Source: Pavona decussata (lineage: Eukaryota). From it: DNA of 64,000 nucleotides. The translations under genes were made by a program, and so were the position numbers. The DNA lies in the NCBI GenBank assembly GCA_977016875.1, contig CDRNST010000054.1, forward strand, positions 1,116,001-1,180,000. Reading direction: 5' to 3'. Positions 56,597 through 64,000 of this stretch are shown in pieces. The notes beneath the pieces are model-generated. The model was not told the DNA's origin, searched no databases, and saw only the letters and a program-made list of their open reading frames with translations. How positions within the stretch are numbered: position 1 is the stretch's first letter; every line of letters starts with the position of its first letter.

Positions 56597-59500
56597 GAGC
56601 GGCGGTCAGGAAAAATCGAGCAAAATCTGAATTTTCTGGCGAAACTTAGCAGAGTCGATTTATTTCATCTTTTGTCCATAATAAGGTTTTACTAAAGTAA
56701 GAATCATGGTGTGGCTTAAATTGGCCAGAAACATTTGCGTTTTGAGAAAATCAGGAAAATCGATCGAAGCCTTGTGAACTGAAAAATGATTGAATTTAAA
56801 ACCGGAAAATCGCCACTTTTCATTGTCTCCCCGTTTGTTTTAGAAGAAGCGTACGAAAATCGGGATTTCTTATATCGAAAGACAATCTCTTTCTGATATG
56901 ATAACCGATGAATTTGTGTTTGTTATGATATCTGGCAAATTTAAACAATTTAAAACCAGCGGCATATTTTTACAGCTGGTTTACTCTGTAATGTAGTGTC
57001 AAAGGTCAACCACACATTTCAGTATGTGGTATAACTCGAAATATTCTCACACTTTGGCTTTCAGTAACAATTGCCTTGATGTACTTCATACCTAAATATC
57101 AGGCTGGGTTCTCCATTGAGATTTTCACAAAAGGTCGTTAAAGTTGGCTAATTTCGACCACGACATCGTTTGGCGACCAAATGACTGCCAGTGAAAACAA
57201 ACCGACGCGACGGGCAAACTGCTAATTACAGCTTCAGGGCCTTCAATAATGCTCCTATCTTGCTTTATCAGAAAGATTTCTGTTTTCCCCTCGCTTCCTT
57301 TTAACCATTATCGACGGGAAGAGAAGAAATCGAAAAGATTCAGACATGTCTAACAATGTTGCGTGACAGCAAATATGCAAATTAGTTAGATGGTCACTGA
57401 GATATGGCAGTAGGCAGTAGGGAAGGGGTGGGGGGCGGGAAGAATTGCTTTAACAGGCCCGTAGTCAGGCTAAAACAACTGGGATGGGGAAAGCAAATTG
57501 GAAACATCAAAAAAGGGGCAGATATAGTAAGCAAAACAATAACTTTGCACTTGCATCACACTTTTTGGTACATTAAACTTCTTTTCGACCCTTTGCCGTC
57601 ACTGTACGGACTACCACGTGAAATTGCCAAACTTGTTCACGTTTAAAGAATGACGTAAAAAGACGACGACAAATTTCCATTTCTCTTTTTCCAGTGAACT
57701 TGGAATCAGGCAGTAAGAATATGTCCGCAGGAAGATTTGTCTAAAATTTAAAAAAAAAAGGTGGGAGCTGGAATTATCGCGATGAAGTTTAAAAGAACGC
57801 GAATTCTCTTTGTGTTTTCGAATTCGCTACCATCACCGTCATGTTATCTTTAACTCCCTACTAAAAGACACAAATCGGTCATGAGGATTTTGGTTCTTAT
57901 TTCCGATTCACAAGGAAGGACTGCCTTTGCTGCTGTTGTATAAAAGCCAAATGTTAGCGGAGGAAACTGTCAGGTAATAAACAATTTATTAAGGGTTGTG
58001 AAAAGGCACTTGCAGCGTCAGAATTCAAGATTGATTGTTGTACATTATTACTGTTTTTTAATTATTTATTTTTTGACACATTGTTTTTTTACGCTTCTTA
58101 AAATTCTGGGGGGGGGGGGGGGGTCGGGGCTCGAGTCCCCCCCTGCCCCTCCCCTTGTTACGGACGCGTTTAACAGTATGGCTTTATATACCAGCTGCTT
58201 ATCTGGAATAACGAACTCTTTGTGACAACTTTTGCGCAAATGACTAGTACCCGTAGTTCTTTATTGAATTTTCTTTTTCGTAGCGACCAGCAACAAAAAC
58301 CGTCAATGCGAAAGATACACCGGAGGAACAGACTTAAAAAGATACACTCACTGTGTAGAGCGAAATTTTACTTCTTCCTAAGATAGAGGGGAAAAGGGGG
58401 TGGGGGTGGCTTAATTAAATACATAACCTTATTTCTTTTTAATTTCAGCCTCTTCATTTCACTTAGACCGTCATAAGCTGCTTCCCTTGTTCTAAAGATT
58501 AAAGGAAGGTGCATGCAGACCTAAAAATCCTAGCATTAGGGCGTGGCGAAGACATAAACTTCACACTTTTAAGAGCTGGGACCAGGCTTCGTTTCCTTCA
58601 ATTGAAAAGTTTTCAATACTTTCCTTTAATAGGGATTATAAGTCTTTAGCATGGGCGTTACACAAGCCTGAAAAGCTGTAACTATGATGTCTTACTTTCC
58701 TCAAGAGAAGGACCTTTTTACGAGGTAGTGAACAAAAAGTTGTCCACCACAGTCAGTAGCACTAGGACTAGGGTTCCAAGCACAGAAAAATAAAAATAAT
58801 AAATAAATAAATAAATAAATAACACTGAAAACTTCACGTTTAGTCTAATTAACGGCTTTCTCCGCATCTGATGAACTGAAAATACATCTGAATACTAATA
58901 TTTTGTGCTGGAAAAGACCGAATGTGCAAAAAAGTAAAGTGTTACATCAGACGTTTTTACAGTTTATTATACATAAAAGGTAATGGAAATTATGTAAACG
59001 CATACCTGAACCAACTGGAATAAACAGTCCTAGTTTCTTCCATAGCAAATAACACGAATTTTTTTCAAGTCCTCGTTCTAGTTTTGCGGCTTTTTGCGCC
59101 TGGCTGTCATGGCTTGATACCGGCGGAGAAGTTTGACACTTATTTGAACTGACCTCGACGCCAGCCAATGCCCAGAGACGAACGGTGTCGAAGACAAATC
59201 GTCAATTCCGAAAGGTGAAGGAGATGAACATTCATGGTGAAGGAGATAAACATTCTTGTCAGAATAAGTTCAATTTCGGTTTCTACATCGGCTATTGACA
59301 AGGAAGCCTTGTGACCGGCGATGTTCCTTTTGCACTAGTTTACTTCAGTTGATCTGCTCCTGTCTCTGGGGTCGTAAGAGCAAGGACCTCCGACCAAGGA
59401 GCTAAAAGACCACCTCCATGCTTCCATGACAGCACAAGAATATCAGACCAAATTTAAAGTGACAAATTTTCCAGTTTCCTTAATTGAATTTATCTTACAT

Positions 59501-60540
59501 TTACTTTACTAATTCAATTTACTTTGGTAAACACCGGCCAATGCGTGATATTATTAATATTCACTGATTATTGGTGATTTCGGAATTTGTAAAACGCAAC
59601 CCTAACTATTTAGCGAATTAAAAACAGAATAGGAAAGTTTCACCGGTCTCCAATTTTTATTTCAGCGAGCATTTTACCATAGTCATAGGGGAGAACTTCA
59701 ACCCCACAGATTTCCCTTTGATGCGGTTTCATTGGCAATCTGACACATGAGCGAACTCAAGAAATGGACATCGAGACGCTTACTGCTCCTTACTAGATAT
59801 GGTTTTATAAGCAAAAATCTCACAACGCAAACGAGAAAAATCGGTTCCCAGACCGGACTTTACCTTATTGTAATTAAAGATTAAAAGAAATTTGTTTTCA
59901 TTACGCTTTTTTGGTATATGTAAAATTAGTCTGTTTATTGTCACGGTAACGCAACAACGGTTGTTTATTTAGCCGTTGTCGGAATTTTAAACGAATTATG
60001 GTGACTTCAAAACGGTCGTGTAAAGTGCTTAATTCAAAACCCAGGCTGATTTTAATACATTATCAAGAACAACGTTACATTACTTAAAAGGCAAAGTTTA
60101 AGAAAAATCGGCGTTATACCACATAGCGAAAACTATCTTTAAAATTTATCCGTTTTTGCGGGATTTTTCCTGTTTAGAAAAGGGACATTTTCCTAAGCTC
60201 TGTTTGCTTTTATTAATAATGGTTAAGTCTAGTTCAAACTTTGCTATAAACGTGCGGTGCTTCCGCTGTCAATACCGAGTATAAAAATACCATGGATCTT
60301 CTTTCCTTCTAGATGAAGAGTCAGTTCAAAATATTAATTTCACACTGCCGTGCGGGTACTTTCGGGATCCTCGCGGGTCAAATTTGTTTATCTCAGTTTT
60401 CTAGAACGTTAAGCGCTCCTAGAGAAAACTGAAGGCGGCAAATTTGTTCTCTACTTAAAGGCTTTTTGTAGCCAGAAAATGAGCGAAATTGATTTCTCGA
60501 GTTCTGCCACCAAATGCTTGATATTTTCTGACCGCCGCTC
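56597..60540. mobile_element. Large non-autonomous TTAA-flanked (Kolobok-like) DNA transposon, 3.94 kb
   Basis: TTAA|GAGCGGCGGTCAGGAAAAATCGAGCA ... TGCTTGATATTTTCTGACCGCCGCTC|TTAA; no transposase ORF seen. Confidence 0.8.
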
Positions 60541-61004
60541 TTAATTTCAATTTGAGGACGGATTTTCTTTTCGGATTCTTTTTGTCTTCACTTATCCGAC
60601 ACGTATTTCTTATTTCAGCCTCAATCAATCATATAAACAATATCTCGAAATATCTTAAAGCTAAACTTCTGTAAACTTACCTGTCTTCCTTTGATGTGTG
60701 CTTTCCCATAGCCGAAGTGAAGTTAAAAACCACTTGGTTCGACTTGATACACTTCAAAAAAACTTCCGATGCAAGCACTCGAAAGCGTCAACTAGCGAAT
60801 CTTCGAGCATCTTTTTTGTCGCATGTGCTTTGAAGCTGACGTCAAGAGGAAAATATCCCCCACGGGGAGAGGTGTGTCCTCCGTGGAGAAGTTCGAACAC
60901 GTGTTTCGTGTGTCGAAAGTGTAGAAGAGTCAGAGGTAGACCGCTAAACGGTGACTGCGTAGAAAAATGGAAGAATCTACCAAGACAATTCGACACAAGT
61001 GGAT

Positions 61005-61126
61005 TCCGCCAAAATGCCGATGGCCAGAAATGAGCCGACGAATATTGCGAGACCTGTTGGAAGCGGAGTGGTGGTAGGGCTGTTTGAAATCGAGATATTA
61101 GCCTTAACGTTCGTTGAGTTGTTCAT
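61005..61126 (-). pseudogene. GPCR copy 3, 5' fragment (N-terminus to mid TM1); upstream flank continues to ~61540
   Basis: MNNSTNVKANISISNSPTTTPLPTGLAIFVGSFLAIGILA, then unrelated sequence and a stop at 60977. Confidence 0.9.
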
Positions 61127-61653
61127 GATGAGATTAAGGTACAGTTCCTTGGGAGATAAAGGCCCTCCAGTGTCTTGTCTTCCTTCACTGTGGGTTGAAA
61201 TATGTGTTGATAAAATGTTGTTTGAATCCACCCATTAGCTGATATTTTTAGATGCAGCTTGTCAGGTGTGTCGTATTAATTTATAAAACAACTGAATGCT
61301 GTGGTAGGAAAGCTCTCTCACTCGAAGCTGGGACTATTGAACTGGTTCCGAAGTTAATTCAAGACTCCATTGTGTAAAAACAATCTCGGTAATTTAAAGA
61401 TTACTGGCGTAATCAGAAACCCGGAACAATGAAGTGTCTGGAAACCTTACAAAGATAATAGATTCTAGCTTTGCGTTGTTTAATCAGTAAACTGTATAAA
61501 CGCGTTATTTCCACCGTTGTTGGTCTCTGGAAACTTTTCAACTCATATCAGTGATCCCGATTCGTTTTTCAGTCTGGCAACGAGGTTACTTGATATATCT
61601 GAAAACTGATTAATTACAAGAAGAATTTCATCTGGCTGAGTTTAATATTCAGT

Positions 61654-62523
61654 AATATATATGTATTTAGCCAAGCTTAATAGCAGAGCTCCACAATTGC
61701 TTTTTATAGTATTTCTGCTATGGTTTCCGTATGAACGTAATTACCTGACAAATTCCGCATCCTTTCTGGACTTATATATATTTTTAGTGCATATGCAGCT
61801 GACTATTTAGCAACAATAACAATTACAATGTTTACTGTTATACAGGAGAGCAAGGTATCCTCTTAAACCTAAAAATGAAACATTTCAATAGATCTGACAT
61901 TCTAAGCTTCATGATTATGTTGAGCTGGGTGTCTAAAAAAATATCCAAACGTTATGTACACTGTAGGTAAACATTCCGTGAGGACGGGATCGGCCATTAT
62001 CGAGTTACGATAATTTTCTTCTCGCTAACAATGACATTTGCATAGAGTTTTGTTCTCTGAATTCCAACTGATCGACCGCTGCATAATCAATACATTGAGC
62101 AGAAACACGAACATACAGGGAACAAAGCTCGCTAAAGAAGGGTACAAGTGCTTAGCTGATGCCGCTGGAATTGCAAACAAGGCGTGAATTTGTGGCGTTA
62201 CGGCAAACATAAATGTAATAATGTTATTCACCGGCCGGGAGGTCTGTATAGGGAAAAACTCTGCCCGAGGTCTTTTAAGGGCCGTACTCAAGATCGAAGG
62301 CACAGTTTTACCATATACGGACCGGGCTAGGCCGGTGAATAACATGTTTATTATTTTTTCTGCCTCTTTTTAGTTTTTAAGATGATCAAGGCAAATCGGT
62401 TTGCGAACTTCGTCGCACTGCCACTCTCTAGTTAAATTTTGCTTATCAAGAAAGCCGTGCGTAAACCTCAGAAAAAAAGGCTAGACTAACGACAAAACAG
62501 ACTTCAAACATATTCTGGAGTAA
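61654..62523 (-). mobile_element. Truncated HINE of the same family, inverted
   Basis: 61654-61697 is the reverse complement of the HINE 3' end; 61720-61825 matches 45010-45108 and 62378-62523 matches 43640-43800 in reverse. Confidence 0.7.
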
Positions 62524-62546
62524 TCTCTAATCTCTCTCCCTCATAT

Positions 62547-64000
62547 CCTGGAGTTTTCTGCCGGACTGACTCCATGACGACAGTGCACCGGATAAAGGGA
62601 GTCGATAAAGAGTACAAGCAGTTTGTGCAGAACAGAGTCAAAGAAATTGGACGACTGATCCCATCTGAATCGTGGTCAGTACCAGTGCCCAGGTTATGAA
62701 AATCCAGCTGATTTGCCGTCCCATGGAATGAGTGCGGAGGCCTTACAAGAGTCTGAAATTTGGTGGCATGGACCCCCTTGGCTGCTCGTAGGAAGGGCTA
62801 AGTGGCCCAACCCAGCGGATGTCACTGATCTGTCACGTGACTACTACGATGAGATACGTCCCAGCAACAAACCGAAGAGTAAGATGATTCTTTCTACTGG
62901 ACTCGCTGTGGAAAGCAGAATCCCAAGTCTGTCCAGTGTATTTGACCCTAACAAATTTGGTGACTTCAAACGCCTAATCAGAGTAACTGCCTTTGTACTC
63001 CGCTTCCTACGTAACTCAAGGTCAAAGGGGACTAAAGAAAAACTAGTTGGACCGCTCAGTACTGAAGAATGGGAATCTGTGAAAATCATTTGGTTGAACG
63101 AAATGCAGAAAGCTGTAGTCAGGTCCCCAAGATTCGAGAGTTTGAAGCAACAACTTGGCTTGTACTCAGATGACAATGGATTACTCAGATGCAGGGGAAG
63201 ATTGCAAAACGCATCCATACTGTTTGGTACTAAATATCCTATTCTTTTGCCAGTTGACCCTCATTTGACAGTGCTTAATATCGATGACAGTCATTAGCGA
63301 GTGCTACACAATGGTGTCAAGGAAACTTAAACGGAACTGAGATCTCGATTTTGGGTCACAAGGGGAAGAGAAACTGTCCGAAAGGTAATATCGAAATGCA
63401 TAAATTGCAAGAAGACCGAAGGCAAGCATTATGCCGTCCCGCCAACTGCACCATTGCCTCAATTCCGCGTGGAAGAAAACCCTGCCTTTACAAATACTAG
63501 AATTGACTTTGCTGGACCGTTATTTGTGAGGAGTGGCGAAAATGAGAAGCAGAGCAATATGCAGAAGGTCTACCTTGCACTGTTTACCTGTGGAAACATC
63601 AGGGCCGTCCATCTTGAAGTGGTACCCAATCTGAAACATTCATCAGAAGCTTCAAACGTTTTATTTGTAGACGCCGTATTCCGAGGTTGGTTGTATCAGA
63701 CAACGCTAAAACTTTCAAGACCGCCGCAAGAGTATTGTCTTCAGTGTTTGAGCTTCCAGAAGTACAGAGGTATCTCTTGAATCTTAAGGTGAAGTGGAGG
63801 TTTAATTTGGAAAGAGCCCCTTGGTGGGGTGGTTTCTTTGAACGCTTGATTTGTTCTGTGAAACGTTGTCTGAAAAAATTCTCTAGAATGCCAAGTCGTC
63901 GTTTGAAGAACTATTGACTCTTGTTACCGAGGTAGAATGCGTGTTGAATTCTCGCCCTGACTGACGTGCGTGTCTTCAGAAGATAATGAGGAACCACTCA
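62547..64000 (+). mobile_element. Degenerate BEL/Pao LTR retrotransposon pol (RNase H end plus integrase); runs off the window
   Basis: KQFVQNRVKEI, ENPADLPSHG, WWHGPPWL, GLLRCRGRL, HNGVKET...RFWV...KCINCKK (HHCC), [32 protein letters not shown]; stops and frameshifts present. Confidence 0.93.

Overview
This is eukaryotic, intron-rich, AT-rich DNA. The repeat landscape suggests a cnidarian, probably a stony coral (inference). The supplied ORF track mostly misses the real genes. 1-27.3 kb holds the last 33 exons of a + strand molybdo-flavoenzyme of the xanthine dehydrogenase/aldehyde oxidase family. I spliced them by hand into about 1,028 codons with no frame break; the 2Fe-2S N-terminus lies upstream of the window. 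Active-site residues point to an aldehyde oxidase rather than a true XDH. 27.5-61.6 kb holds a convergent, decaying tandem array of a ~4.9 kb unit carrying an orphan class A GPCR with an intronless CDS on the - strand: two intact copies, one copy split by a ~6.7 kb insertion/deletion, one unit that has lost the gene, and one small remnant. The array is full of mobile DNA: a 1.9 kb foldback element, Helentron/DINE-1-like elements, deeply nested LINEs and MITEs, TTAA-flanked Kolobok-like elements, and hairpin elements that share an architecture but not sequence. The window ends in a degenerate BEL/Pao LTR-retrotransposon pol. There is no CRISPR array, rRNA or genuine tRNA. I found no clearly new multi-gene system. 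The best leads are the diversifying non-canonical GPCR array next to an aldehyde oxidase and the GNA-triloop hairpin elements.
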